A DNA stretch of 53,315 nt from a virus (taxonomy: Duplodnaviria > Caudoviricetes). Position 1 is the stretch's first letter, and each line of letters begins with the position of its first letter. Position numbers and translations under genes: made by a program. Where the stretch lies: positions 1 to 53,315 of IMG/VR virus record IMGVR_UViG_3300032087_005336, one strand, 5' to 3'. The notes under the pieces are model-generated. The model worked only from the letters and a program-made list of their open reading frames with translations, searched no databases and had not been told where the DNA came from. Below, piece after piece: positions 41,040 to 49,177 of this stretch.

Positions 41040-42205
41040 GGGTCCAGAGGGTACTTAAACACGTCTTCTAGGAGGTCCTGGATGGGTCTCTGAAGCATTC
41101 CGCAATGAACGTCCTTAAAGTCATGATATCCAAAACAACCAATCTTTAAATATTCTGGCTCTTCTTTAGTAGTATAACGATCTGCATAATATGCTTCTAG
41201 AAGAGATTCATAACGATGTGTGAACATTTGAGTATTGAAATATACATTTGCTCTTGCTGATGTTGTCTTCCAAAAAGGTGTATCATATACAGATCCATAT
41301 GAATAATACCAAGACAATGATTTACTATAAGAAGTCATTGATTCAAGATAGTTACGATTCACTTCTTGATATGCATCAATAGAACGATCACTCTTTAAGA
41401 ACTCACAAATCTCTGATGCAAAATCATGATAATACATTAATGATAATGCTTCTAATGGTTCAAAGAAAAATAAACGATTACCATTAAATGCTACAAAACG
41501 ATTCTGTACTAACTTCTTTGCAAATCGTGGAGTCCAAGAAATTCTCTTTCCCTCAATCTGTGGATCTGAAAGTTTATTATGATACAAATACCCACATTTT
41601 GTAATACCACGATCAGGAAATGGTAATCCAAATTCCCATCCATCTGGTGTTGCTGTATGTAATGTATATGTTACATCATCAATACTCTCTTTTGTATAAA
41701 GAATTGCTGAATTAACTGTTTCAAAGACGGGTTTATAATATTCTGATGAATCATCCCATCCTGCACAATTCACTACAAAGTCATAATCACGACCATTGAC
41801 ATTAACTGATTCTTCACTAATCTCATATCCTTCAACACGTTCTCCATGATATTCAATACCTAATTCATTCTCTAGATGATTATGAATAAACGGATTTAAA
41901 ATTCCACTCTCAAAATGAAATGCAACCTCACCACCATGGAAATGATGTCTAAATGGTTCTCCTTTTCCCCATCCACGATACTTAATACCATTCTTATAAG
42001 ATACAATACCTGCATCAGCAAGATCTCCAATACTAATATCAAGAGCACTTAATATTAATGATTGAATATGTGGTGTCGTTGATTCTCCAACACTTAAAGG
42101 TTTTGTATCTGGATCATAAAAAAACTCTACATCATGATCATCTTGGATCAGACGTAGAGCAGTAATGATCGCAGAAGTACCTTTACCGATAATTGCGATT
42201 TTCAT
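41012..42205 (-). CDS. Tryptophan-halogenase-like flavin-dependent enzyme
   Basis: KIAIIGKGTSA Rossmann start, VGESTTP, SYKNGIKY (Lys at the catalytic position), GWEFGLP, FFEPLEA. Confidence 0.8.
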   Translation of the reverse strand: MKIAIIGKGTSAIITALRLIQDDHDVEFFYDPDTKPLSVGESTTPHIQSLILSALDISIGDLADAGIVSYKNGIKYRGWGKGEPFRHHFHGGEVAFHFESGILNPFIHNHLENELGIEYHGERVEGYEISEESVNVNGRDYDFVVNCAGWDDSSEYYKPVFETVNSAILYTKESIDDVTYTLHTATPDGWEFGLPFPDRGITKCGYLYHNKLSDPQIEGKRISWTPRFAKKLVQNRFVAFNGNRLFFFEPLEALSLMYYHDFASEICEFLKSDRSIDAYQEVNRNYLESMTSYSKSLSWYYSYGSVYDTPFWKTTSARANVYFNTQMFTHRYESLLEAYYADRYTTKEEPEYLKIGCFGYHDFKDVHCGMLQRPIQDLLEDVFKYPLDPLHTDDDDV

Positions 42206-42357
42206 TCTTCTATAATTGTTTCAATGTCTAATTGATCTAAGTCAATGTCTTTCTTTTCTTCGTATTTTTCTAAGGCTAACTCATGAAGAATATCTGCTGC
42301 TTCTTCATGAGTGATATTACTATAGAGCTTTCGGCCCTGGTAGTAAATATTAACCAT
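42202..42357 (-). CDS. 51-aa acidic hypothetical protein
   Basis: Read by hand: MVNIYYQGRKLYSNITHEEAADILHEL...IETIIEE; ATGA overlap with halogenase start. Confidence 0.7.
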   Translation of the reverse strand: MVNIYYQGRKLYSNITHEEAADILHELALEKYEEKKDIDLDQLDIETIIEE

Positions 42358-42358
42358 A

Positions 42359-43135
42359 TCAAATCACCCGAGTCTTCTCATGTCCTACACGAATGCGTGG
42401 ATCACACCAGATGTCAAATCCTTTCTCCTTTGCATCAAGACAGAATGATACATCCTCACCACACATATCCTGTACAGCGCCCGACTCAAATACTTGCATC
42501 TTCGGAGCAAACCAAGGATACTCAAGATTCTCAAAGACTCCATTCTTAATCAATACCCATCCGAAACCAGTGTAGTCAACTGTGAATGGCTTCCTGCGAT
42601 TTGGTAGAGTCTCGATCGTTTCATGGTTCATTACCCCACCATTACTACGGAAGTCCTCCTCCTCTAGCCAATGGGCAACAGATGAAGTCTTCCCATCTTC
42701 TGTGAGATACCAACCAGCAACAACTTCTTTCTCACTACCATCAGCAGCAAGTGCATTATCACAGAGTTGCCAAAACTTATCAGTGTTGAATACAATGTCA
42801 CTATCAATCCAAAGTTGATAGTCATACTCTAACTTACCATCCCAAGGTTTCTGATTGGGACCTCGTAATACATTTGCTCCAAGTACCTTACAACGTGCAA
42901 AGTTCACCATGGATGAGTAATCTTGACTGATCTGAATACTCATTCCATTCTGTACTAGATCAAAGCACAGTTGTACAAAGTTCTTTAGAAATGTAAATGA
43001 ACAACCTCGTCCAGGTAGACAGAAGACAATCTTCTTGCCCCTCATCCGTTCTTTGATTGCCTCATAGTCAAATTCAGCACCAGTAGTAGTCTTCTTCTTT
43101 GGTGCGTTTGCTTTTACAGTAAATCCTTTTGCCAT
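42359..43135 (-). CDS. Glycosyltransferase family 2-like (GT-A fold) protein
   Basis: LWIDSD (DxD), TGFGWVLIK..VFE, GEDVSFC, DPRIRVGH motifs. Confidence 0.75.
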   Translation of the reverse strand: MAKGFTVKANAPKKKTTTGAEFDYEAIKERMRGKKIVFCLPGRGCSFTFLKNFVQLCFDLVQNGMSIQISQDYSSMVNFARCKVLGANVLRGPNQKPWDGKLEYDYQLWIDSDIVFNTDKFWQLCDNALAADGSEKEVVAGWYLTEDGKTSSVAHWLEEEDFRSNGGVMNHETIETLPNRRKPFTVDYTGFGWVLIKNGVFENLEYPWFAPKMQVFESGAVQDMCGEDVSFCLDAKEKGFDIWCDPRIRVGHEKTRVI

Positions 43136-43158
43136 AGTTTTGAATAACCTTCAGATCA

Positions 43159-43187
43159 ATTCTATCAGTGTATGTGTTGATTGTCAA
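43159..43187 (-). promoter_or_regulatory. sigma70-type promoter
   Basis: TTGACA-N17-TAGAAT upstream of ATG 43135. Confidence 0.8.
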
Positions 43188-43375
43188 TATGAAGCTTCTT
43201 GCATCATCTGACGATTAATAGTGACCATCTCATATGAGAGATCGTCTATGGTATAGTCAGTCTGCATCAGACCAACCATACCCCTTACAGTATTCCAAGT
43301 AACAGTAAAATCCTCCTCCTTGATATTCGGAAAGAGACATTTATTACCTGCGTAGATATGATATAGTTTTTCCAT
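43184..43375 (-). CDS. Hypothetical protein
   Basis: 63-aa ORF on the coding strand. Confidence 0.7.
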   Translation of the reverse strand: MEKLYHIYAGNKCLFPNIKEEDFTVTWNTVRGMVGLMQTDYTIDDLSYEMVTINRQMMQEASY

Positions 43376-43471
43376 ATAGGACCAAATTTTTCTGCGAAAA
43401 TTTTTGACGGATCATGAAACCCATCGATGAATTATATATGCGACCTCCAAGGGTCGGTTTTTACTCTCGGA

Positions 43472-43588
43472 TTATTTTTTCTTGCGACGTTTCCTAGCAG
43501 CATTTTTTTGCGCCATGGTCCTTCCTTGTCCCTTTGATTTATTTCTATTAGGACGACTTTTGCCGTTTTTGTGAATCCATCCAAACAT
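43472..43588 (-). CDS. 38-aa highly basic peptide
   Basis: Read by hand: MFGWIHKNGKSRPNRNKSKGQGRTMAQKNAARKRRKKK; GAGGT SD-like sequence upstream. Confidence 0.6.
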   Translation of the reverse strand: MFGWIHKNGKSRPNRNKSKGQGRTMAQKNAARKRRKKK

Positions 43589-43725
43589 AAAAAATTACCT
43601 CGGAAAATTTTTTTGATCCTTATATCTATCGATCGTTTTGTCACCTCTGTAGGTTAGGTTCCCATTGGTTTTTTATAACGACCCCCCATAATAACAACAA
43701 CTGCCTAACACGAACGAATAAGGAT

Positions 43726-43756
43726 TGTGCCCTCTACGAATAACTTAGAGGGCACA
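43726..43756. terminator. Perfect 11-bp hairpin after the last early-region gene
   Basis: TGTGCCCTCTA-N9-TAGAGGGCACA; no strong U-tract, so terminator role is uncertain. Confidence 0.55.
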
Positions 43757-43773
43757 CTGTTCGTAACACTTAG

Positions 43774-44010
43774 TCAGTCGATGATGTACTCCATGGTGTT
43801 ACGATTGTCTGCAGATTCCCATGCACCGAAGAAAGAATCCCATGCCTGCTCATTATCAACGAAGGAGTCAATGTTGAGCATCTCACATACCCAATCGTAT
43901 GCCATATCTACGTCTGCATTTGTATCATTCACAAACGCAATCATCTGCCCCATGATGTCATCCCAGGTGGATTGCATTTCGGGGGAGAGAGGGAAGACTT
44001 GAGTTGCCAT
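43774..44010 (-). CDS. Acidic hypothetical protein (78 aa)
   Basis: Start reassigned to MATQVF (ATG 44008-44010), which follows a degenerate copy of the early promoter/leader element. Confidence 0.7.
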   Translation of the reverse strand: MATQVFPLSPEMQSTWDDIMGQMIAFVNDTNADVDMAYDWVCEMLNIDSFVDNEQAWDSFFGAWESADNRNTMEYIID

Positions 44011-44102
44011 GTGTCGGTTGCTGTTGACTCTGTAATTGTAGGGAACGAATGGGTGGTTCAGAGTGTCACGAAGGGTTTCTGTAACACTCTGAAATAATAA
44101 CA

Positions 44103-44444
44103 TCAAACCCCCACAACCATGCCAGACTGGAAAGGAACAACCTCCCAATCTTTCTTCAGGTTGTTGTACTGTTTGACGAACCAATCACCTGCCTTCTGAA
44201 ATACTTTCTCACCATCAATTGCGTGCTCTTGGAGAATAGCATTGAGACGAGACTTTGTGGTCATTGTTTGATGATCACCATCGAAGATTTCAATGTCATT
44301 CTCATAAACAATTGCGATGAGATTGCCGTGCAGATACACAGTGCTGCTGTTGTATTCTGCAGAATAATGCACAGAAGTGTTTGCAGATTTCCAGGTCTCG
44401 TTGTTAGAGATTGCCTGATTCATCTGCTGTTCGATCTTACGCAT
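44103..44444 (-). CDS. Hypothetical protein (TTKSRLNA motif)
   Basis: 113-aa ORF directly behind an early element. Confidence 0.8.
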   Translation of the reverse strand: MRKIEQQMNQAISNNETWKSANTSVHYSAEYNSSTVYLHGNLIAIVYENDIEIFDGDHQTMTTKSRLNAILQEHAIDGEKVFQKAGDWFVKQYNNLKKDWEVVPFQSGMVVGV

Positions 44445-44527
44445 CGGAGGTGTGTTCCTTTGACTCTTATAGATTACACCATTTTGGATGCTGTGCCGTG
44501 TGCTTGTGCCAGTTCTATAAGTGGTTT
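44445..44527 (-). promoter_or_regulatory. Repeated early promoter/operator/leader element, copy A
   Basis: Minus strand: imperfect palindrome, about 28 nt, TAATCT, ATAAGAGTCAAAGGAACACAC, ATG; homologous to copies at 48365, 49697, 50491, 53237. Confidence 0.8.
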
Positions 44528-44551
44528 TTTCTCTATACTTTCCTCACATAA

Positions 44552-44719
44552 TCACCAGAGTGAATCATACTTTGTGGAGAGATCTTCAATGTAAGTTTCA
44601 CACTTCTCATCCCCTTGCAGTTCAAATAACTTTTCCCAGTCAATCTGGTGGGGATTAAAGTCATCCATTGCTTCAATCTCAAGAGTGATGCGATACTTGG
44701 ACTTCTGTGCGTAAGGCAT
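44552..44719 (-). CDS. 55-aa acidic hypothetical protein
   Basis: Read by hand: MPYAQKSKYRITLEIEAMDDFNPHQIDWEKLFEL...DSLW; preceded by a sigma70 promoter. Confidence 0.7.
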   Translation of the reverse strand: MPYAQKSKYRITLEIEAMDDFNPHQIDWEKLFELQGDEKCETYIEDLSTKYDSLW

Positions 44720-44748
44720 TGTTCTTCTGGTGATTTGACTGCTCAGTT

Positions 44749-44777
44749 ATCATAAACCATTCTGAGTTGATTGTCAA
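44749..44777 (-). promoter_or_regulatory. sigma70-type promoter
   Basis: TTGACA-N17-TATGAT; shares TTGACAATCAAC with the 43187 promoter. Confidence 0.75.
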
Positions 44778-44871
44778 GAATACCACGAAGTGTTGCGATA
44801 TTCTTATGTATAAAATTTAGAATGATTTTGGATATTTATGTCAGGGTTCTGAGATTTTTCTGATCTGGGTG

Positions 44872-44900
44872 TTGACTTTTTTGCGATCTGTCGGTATAAT
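44872..44900 (+). promoter_or_regulatory. Plus-strand sigma70-type promoter with no downstream ORF
   Basis: TTGACT-N17-TATAAT. Confidence 0.7.
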
Positions 44901-45003
44901 GCACGCCAAGATCACAATAAGTAGAAGGATTTAGAAGACATTTAAAGAAGCATAAAATCACTGCAAAGATACTCTCAAGACCCTGCACAGTTACTGTCAA
45001 GAG

Positions 45004-45024
45004 TATTCCACAGGTTTTTCCACA
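45004..45024 (+). promoter_or_regulatory. Tandem DnaA-box-like 9-mers
   Basis: TATTCCACA (45004-45012) and TTTTCCACA (45016-45024, fits TTWTNCACA), followed by an AT-rich tract at about 45050-45077. Confidence 0.45.
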
Positions 45025-45074
45025 ACTTGTTAGAAAACACTCATATACGTTTTTAAATACATTTTTAATTGATT

Positions 45075-45239
45075 TTAACCCAATAATGGTACAATTTCAA
45101 CGTTTTTACACCCTAATTCTTTGACATGACGTTCCCAAAGCATAGCATCACGAACATCAAAGAATACTGCTTCTTGCTTACTCCAATACCCTGATTTGTT
45201 CTTGGGTTGTTGATACACTACACTGAACTTGTTGATCAT
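45075..45239 (-). CDS. 54-aa hypothetical protein
   Basis: Read by hand: MINKFSVVYQQPKNKSGYWSKQEAVFFDVRDAMLWERHVKELGCKNVEIVPLLG; overlaps the tail of 45178..45408. Confidence 0.6.
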   Translation of the reverse strand: MINKFSVVYQQPKNKSGYWSKQEAVFFDVRDAMLWERHVKELGCKNVEIVPLLG

Positions 45240-45408
45240 AGTTGACATCATTCCAATGACGAATTGCGTTTGCTACGATAGCAATGTTGGTAATAAGATA
45301 AGAGAGAAAGATTAACGAACGAATGATTGCAATCTTATCTGATTCTTTATCATCTGGTGTTGCTTTCTCTCCTAATGCTTTACACCATAATCTCCACACC
45401 TTTTTCAT
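45178..45408 (-). CDS. Small single-pass membrane protein
   Basis: WRLWCKALGEKA...hydrophobic helix...IRHW. Confidence 0.7.
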   Translation of the reverse strand: MKKVWRLWCKALGEKATPDDKESDKIAIIRSLIFLSYLITNIAIVANAIRHWNDVNYDQQVQCSVSTTQEQIRVLE

Positions 45409-45933
45409 TTACGCATACACTATATTCAGAACTAATCTTAAATCTTCATCAGTACAATTTGTCCCTGTATGTTCATACGTATTAGGAAAGAATAATGCTC
45501 GATTTGCTTTACTTTTAAATTTACGAATCATTCCATTTTCATCTTTGATCTGTGTGTAACCATTGTTAGTGTTAATCATTAAAATACAGATCTTTAATGG
45601 AGCAGGGAATGATTGACCAGGAATTGAATCATCATCTGTTACATCAATATGATAAGGTTTCAAATACAACTTTTCTCCTTTGGGTGTTGCATTGACCTTA
45701 ATACGATAGATGCAATAGAGATCATTGATTTCATTGACGATGTTTAACATATCATCGGCAAAGTCTCCTTCTGGTTTATTCTCATCATAGAAACAATGAA
45801 CGAATTGTGGATAACCATCTCCATCATATACCGAACCATTGTTGTAATGCCATGGCACTTCATATGGTACGATTTCCGAAAGTTCAGAGAACACTTCTTC
45901 TGGGAGAAAGTTATCAACAACTTGAATGTTCAT
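45409..45933 (-). CDS. 2OG-Fe(II) oxygenase
   Basis: IQVVDNFLP start, HxD (HID), NTNNGYT, NRALFFP...HTG...R facial-triad pattern. Confidence 0.85.
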   Translation of the reverse strand: MNIQVVDNFLPEEVFSELSEIVPYEVPWHYNNGSVYDGDGYPQFVHCFYDENKPEGDFADDMLNIVNEINDLYCIYRIKVNATPKGEKLYLKPYHIDVTDDDSIPGQSFPAPLKICILMINTNNGYTQIKDENGMIRKFKSKANRALFFPNTYEHTGTNCTDEDLRLVLNIVYA

Positions 45934-46142
45934 TGTGGATCAGAATAACGATGTTCTTGACTATGGTAACAATCATCTTCCAACAGAATAATTTCCGAGA
46001 AAGAGTGATTATAAACAACCATATTCACCTCTCTCAGTCTATCAGAAGATTGACCAATTGTAAAGGTGAGTGCGATTGAACACGAAAACTTTACAACCCC
46101 TTCGTGTCCTCGATAACTGATTTTTGTTCCTTCTGTATACAT
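45930..46142 (-). CDS. Hypothetical protein
   Basis: 70-aa ORF, ATGA-coupled to the oxygenase. Confidence 0.65.
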   Translation of the reverse strand: MYTEGTKISYRGHEGVVKFSCSIALTFTIGQSSDRLREVNMVVYNHSFSEIILLEDDCYHSQEHRYSDPQ

Positions 46143-46232
46143 TGGCGATAGTGCAATTCGTTTTCTATTGTAATCAATCCATGAATAATTTCAGGATCCC
46201 AATTCACACATTCACACAAAGAATAAAGATGA

Positions 46233-46541
46233 TCAAGTGCTTCCGAATAACGCATGTTCCAATGGATTTGAGAAGTTTAATGGCATCGATGTGTAAGGTG
46301 TTGTATCTCTTACATCAACGATCTTTCCGACTTTCTTACTATCGATTGGGGCATAGTATTCTCGGGATTTGGGTTTGTAATATCCCCAGATTGTCCGCAC
46401 AGATTTATCACTCCCATGAAAAATATACCGACGAGAATGTAATAACCAAATCGAAACAGTGCTAGCATTGTGTTTCTCTACCTCGTAAGAATAACCATTG
46501 GGTGCATCATGTGGAAAATCAATTGGTAACTCATTTGTCAT
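46233..46541 (-). CDS. Hypothetical protein
   Basis: 102-aa ORF (RTIWGYY...TTPYTSMP), ATGA-coupled to upstream gene. Confidence 0.75.
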   Translation of the reverse strand: MTNELPIDFPHDAPNGYSYEVEKHNASTVSIWLLHSRRYIFHGSDKSVRTIWGYYKPKSREYYAPIDSKKVGKIVDVRDTTPYTSMPLNFSNPLEHALFGST

Positions 46542-46741
46542 GGATTGAAATCAGATGGTAATAAATTTCCAATCAATAAATCATGAATTTCTGATGTCTT
46601 CTCGTAATGATCTAATGCTCGATCTTTACAAATTTTTGACTCAGATAATAACATCTCATAAACATGAATTGGTTCAAGTCCTCTTTCTAAACATGTGCTG
46701 AACCATACACGAAGTTCTTGCCTTAATTCTTCATTGTTCAT
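46538..46741 (-). CDS. Hypothetical protein
   Basis: 67-aa ORF, ATGA-coupled on both sides. Confidence 0.65.
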   Translation of the reverse strand: MNNEELRQELRVWFSTCLERGLEPIHVYEMLLSESKICKDRALDHYEKTSEIHDLLIGNLLPSDFNP

Positions 46742-46860
46742 AGAAACTCCATGATGTAGTATTCACAAGTGATCTCTAATCGTTCTGCTTCTTGTTCAGC
46801 ATGTTCAATCAATTTCTCAAGTTCGGGAACTTCCAATTCGTAAAGTTTCTCGGTTTTCAT
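46738..46860 (-). CDS. 40-aa acidic hypothetical protein
   Basis: Read by hand: MKTEKLYELEVPELEKLIEHAEQEAERLEITCEYYIMEFL; ATGA overlaps on both sides. Confidence 0.65.
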   Translation of the reverse strand: MKTEKLYELEVPELEKLIEHAEQEAERLEITCEYYIMEFL

Positions 46861-46997
46861 AGTTTGGCAGTGACTGAAATTACTTTGGCATTTGGATTGC
46901 GAGCAAGAGCAACTTGTCTTGCTTCTGCATAGTCACGGGCAATGACTTCTTCCGAAAATACAGTGCCCGCAACATAAAGTTTAACCTCGCACCTCAT
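46857..46997 (-). CDS. 46-aa hypothetical protein
   Basis: Read by hand: MRCEVKLYVAGTVFSEEVIARDYAEARQVALARNPNAKVISVTAKL. Confidence 0.7.
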   Translation of the reverse strand: MRCEVKLYVAGTVFSEEVIARDYAEARQVALARNPNAKVISVTAKL

Positions 46998-47113
46998 AAC
47001 TTGAAAGGAGTTTGTTAAACAATGCTGGTGTCCTTACAGCAAATTGATCCTCACAATCCCTTTGCTCCTCTAATGTCATTAACTGAAGTGCAGTCATCAG
47101 AACATTTAACTCA

Positions 47114-47305
47114 TCAGATGTGAGTTTGACTTTTGTGAATGAAACGGTCGAACTTTTCAAGACGATAACCCTCTTTGATTGCTTGATTGATTATATTGGA
47201 ATAAGAATGTGATGTCAATGGGATATACCGATGAACGAGGTAATCCTCACAATCCTCTGATAATGCTTCCAGTTGTTCATGCGTGAGATGGTCGAAGTTC
47301 ATCAT
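47114..47305 (-). CDS. Hypothetical protein
   Basis: 63-aa ORF on the coding strand. Confidence 0.6.
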   Translation of the reverse strand: MMNFDHLTHEQLEALSEDCEDYLVHRYIPLTSHSYSNIINQAIKEGYRLEKFDRFIHKSQTHI

Positions 47306-47338
47306 AGGTGAAAGTGCTACCTGTTCTAATTATATCAC

Positions 47339-47587
47339 CTATTCAACACTCTCTAGCAGATCGTTAAGCATTTCTTCATCATACAAATCCTTAATCTCTT
47401 CCGTAATATCTGCCTGATCCCACATCTCCATATTTTGCATGATACTATCAACAGCAAAAGTAACGAGAGTATCCATATCCATGCCATCCACAATCATGCT
47501 GGCATAGTTTTCTTTCAGTTTGTCAAGTTGATCTTCAGTCAGTTTTTTCATGGTGTTAGGATCAGTGGGAAAAGACACAAAGGACAT
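47339..47587 (-). CDS. Acidic hypothetical protein
   Basis: ORF track; start uncertain (47587 or MKKLTED at 47551). Confidence 0.65.
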   Translation of the reverse strand: MSFVSFPTDPNTMKKLTEDQLDKLKENYASMIVDGMDMDTLVTFAVDSIMQNMEMWDQADITEEIKDLYDEEMLNDLLESVE

Positions 47588-47718
47588 CAATAATCATAAT
47601 CAGAAGAAAGGTAATCGTTCATGTTGAAATCTTCGACATCCTCAATTTCTGGGACATCGTAAATCTCACCTGGCACATCATAAATCAAATGATGCAGAAA
47701 CTGTTCGTCATTGTTCAT
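47587..47718 (-). CDS. 43-aa acidic hypothetical protein
   Basis: Read by hand: MNNDEQFLHHLIYDVPGEIYDVPEIEDVEDFNMNDYLSSDYDY; ATGA overlap with upstream stop. Confidence 0.55.
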   Translation of the reverse strand: MNNDEQFLHHLIYDVPGEIYDVPEIEDVEDFNMNDYLSSDYDY

Positions 47719-47900
47719 AGTTCAACCTCCCAATCTTTGTCGTTAGTGAGTGATACCCAGAAGTGGTTTTTACCATTGGCGGATGTTAGAAACACCCGAT
47801 TACCTTTGTCTTGTTCAATGATACATTCGGGATCATTGTTCATCAGGTTGGAAAACCTGTTCTTTGCTTTCTTAGATTTGGGTGTTACAAATGCCGTCAT
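47715..47900 (-). CDS. Hypothetical protein
   Basis: 61-aa ORF (VTPKSKKAKNRF.NLM). Confidence 0.7.
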   Translation of the reverse strand: MTAFVTPKSKKAKNRFSNLMNNDPECIIEQDKGNRVFLTSANGKNHFWVSLTNDKDWEVEL

Positions 47901-48033
47901 GATTCACAATGCAGTTGGTTTCAATAATTGTTGTGATTGTTTGATCGTCGTTGATAAAATCATACTGCACCTTGTCTGGTGCAATTTGTGCTTTACCAAC
48001 AAGAATTGCAGTTGCAAGCATAAACTCAATCAT
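47872..48033 (-). CDS. Small hypothetical protein with hydrophobic N-terminus
   Basis: Start reassigned to MIEFMLATAILVG to avoid overlap with 48056..48364. Confidence 0.5.
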   Translation of the reverse strand: MIEFMLATAILVGKAQIAPDKVQYDFINDDQTITTIIETNCIVNHDGICNTQI

Positions 48034-48055
48034 TGTGGAGTTGTTGTTAATTAGA

Positions 48056-48364
48056 TCAGAAAACAAGAGACAACATTGATGCTCGCATGTTGCTGGAGAG
48101 GAACAGTGAACCCCAAGAATCGAAATTGAACCATCCTTTGAGATTGAAAGTTCCAGGAACTTCTTTACACTCAGACAGTGCTTTCTTGGGGAACCAGATA
48201 GTGTGACGTGGAACAATAATTGAACCGAATTGAATTGCTTTTTCGGTTTCCTTGATCTTCACAACTGGCAGTAAGTTGAAGTGATGCTTTCTGCCGAGGT
48301 TGATGATGCAAACGTCATCCTGATCGATGCAGGTGTGGACTTCGTTGATGCTTGCGGTTTTCAT
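48056..48364 (-). CDS. Hypothetical protein
   Basis: 102-aa ORF (ETEKAI...WFPKK) directly behind early element B. Confidence 0.75.
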   Translation of the reverse strand: MKTASINEVHTCIDQDDVCIINLGRKHHFNLLPVVKIKETEKAIQFGSIIVPRHTIWFPKKALSECKEVPGTFNLKGWFNFDSWGSLFLSSNMRASMLSLVF

Positions 48365-48447
48365 GAGGTGTGTTCCTCTCGACTTCTATAGAATACACGA
48401 TCCTGGGTGCTGTGCCCATATGCTGTGCCACCTTGCCAACTGGTCCC
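48365..48447 (-). promoter_or_regulatory. Repeated early promoter/operator/leader element, copy B
   Basis: Imperfect palindrome 48424-48447, TATTCT -10, leader AGTCGAGAGGAACACAC, ATG 48364. Confidence 0.8.
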
Positions 48448-48479
48448 TGGGTTTCAAATAATCCATAATTTCATGCGAC

Positions 48480-48511
48480 AAAGGGAGCACTAGGTCATCC
48501 CTAGCACTCCC
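48480..48511 (-). terminator. Hairpin, probable terminator
   Basis: GGGAGUGCUAGG-GAUGA-CCUAGUGCUCCC-UUU: 12-bp stem that pairs fully (tandem G.U) only on the minus strand. Confidence 0.65.
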
Positions 48512-48530
48512 AATGCACAAAAATTAGTTT

Positions 48531-48761
48531 TTAACTATGATTGTGCATAAATTCGTCAAGTGTGTAACTTTCATTATCAGTGTCAGTTTCTTTAACTAAC
48601 TCTTCAATGGTAAGAGTATCTAACCACTCAAGATGTTCTTCCATTGTCATATCAACATCTGGGTCAAAATCATCATGACACAGATATTCATATTCATTCT
48701 GAAGTGCATCAATTAGTTGTGCTCTAGTGTACTTCATACTTTCGCATCCTGATAATACCAA
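48531..48761 (-). CDS. Acidic hypothetical protein
   Basis: ORF track; probable start MKYTRAQ near 48737 (ATGA overlap). Confidence 0.65.
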   Translation of the reverse strand: MVLSGCESMKYTRAQLIDALQNEYEYLCHDDFDPDVDMTMEEHLEWLDTLTIEELVKETDTDNESYTLDEFMHNHS

Positions 48762-48958
48762 CCCAGTGCTTTGTAAGTTGTAATTAAATCTTGATGAATT
48801 GCATTGACTTCTGGATCAACATAATCCTCCACAATATCCCAATCATTAGTATTCACTTTCCCATCAAGATATAAAGGAGTTGAAAACAATGTACCCTCAG
48901 AATCGATGGAATACGCGTTACCTAGTTGTTCTGAGACGATGATGATTAGATCGGACAT
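48734..48958 (-). CDS. Hypothetical protein
   Basis: 74-aa ORF. Confidence 0.65.
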   Translation of the reverse strand: MSDLIIIVSEQLGNAYSIDSEGTLFSTPLYLDGKVNTNDWDIVEDYVDPEVNAIHQDLITTYKALGWYYQDAKV

Positions 48959-49018
48959 TAGTCGGAAAGAATAGAAGAACGTTTGTGAGTTGCTTTGGTC
49001 ATTATTGTATGGTTGTTG

Positions 49019-49177
49019 TTAGTTAGTGGGAAAGTTTTTGCAGACTGCATCACACAAGATCCTCACAAGTTCTTCATCATAATTGACATCATACTCTGCA
49101 AAGTATTCGGTGATGATACAATCAATGTCCTCCATGAGTTGTTCACGTTGAGTCAACATTTCAAGTTTGTCAGTCAT
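49019..49177 (-). CDS. 52-aa acidic hypothetical protein
   Basis: Read by hand: MTDKLEMLTQREQLMEDIDC...LCDAVCKNFPTN; TGATG overlap with upstream stop. Confidence 0.65.
   Translation of the reverse strand: MTDKLEMLTQREQLMEDIDCIITEYFAEYDVNYDEELVRILCDAVCKNFPTN

Noticed and set aside
43432-43644. 70-aa ORF from the track
   Set aside because: The overlapping 38-aa ATG frame (43472..43588) has an SD-like sequence and coherent composition; the longer frame crosses hairpins and A-tracts
43376-45077. tRNA genes in the non-coding gaps
   Set aside because: No cloverleaf or T-loop (GTTCRA) signature recognised; tRNAscan-SE would be decisive
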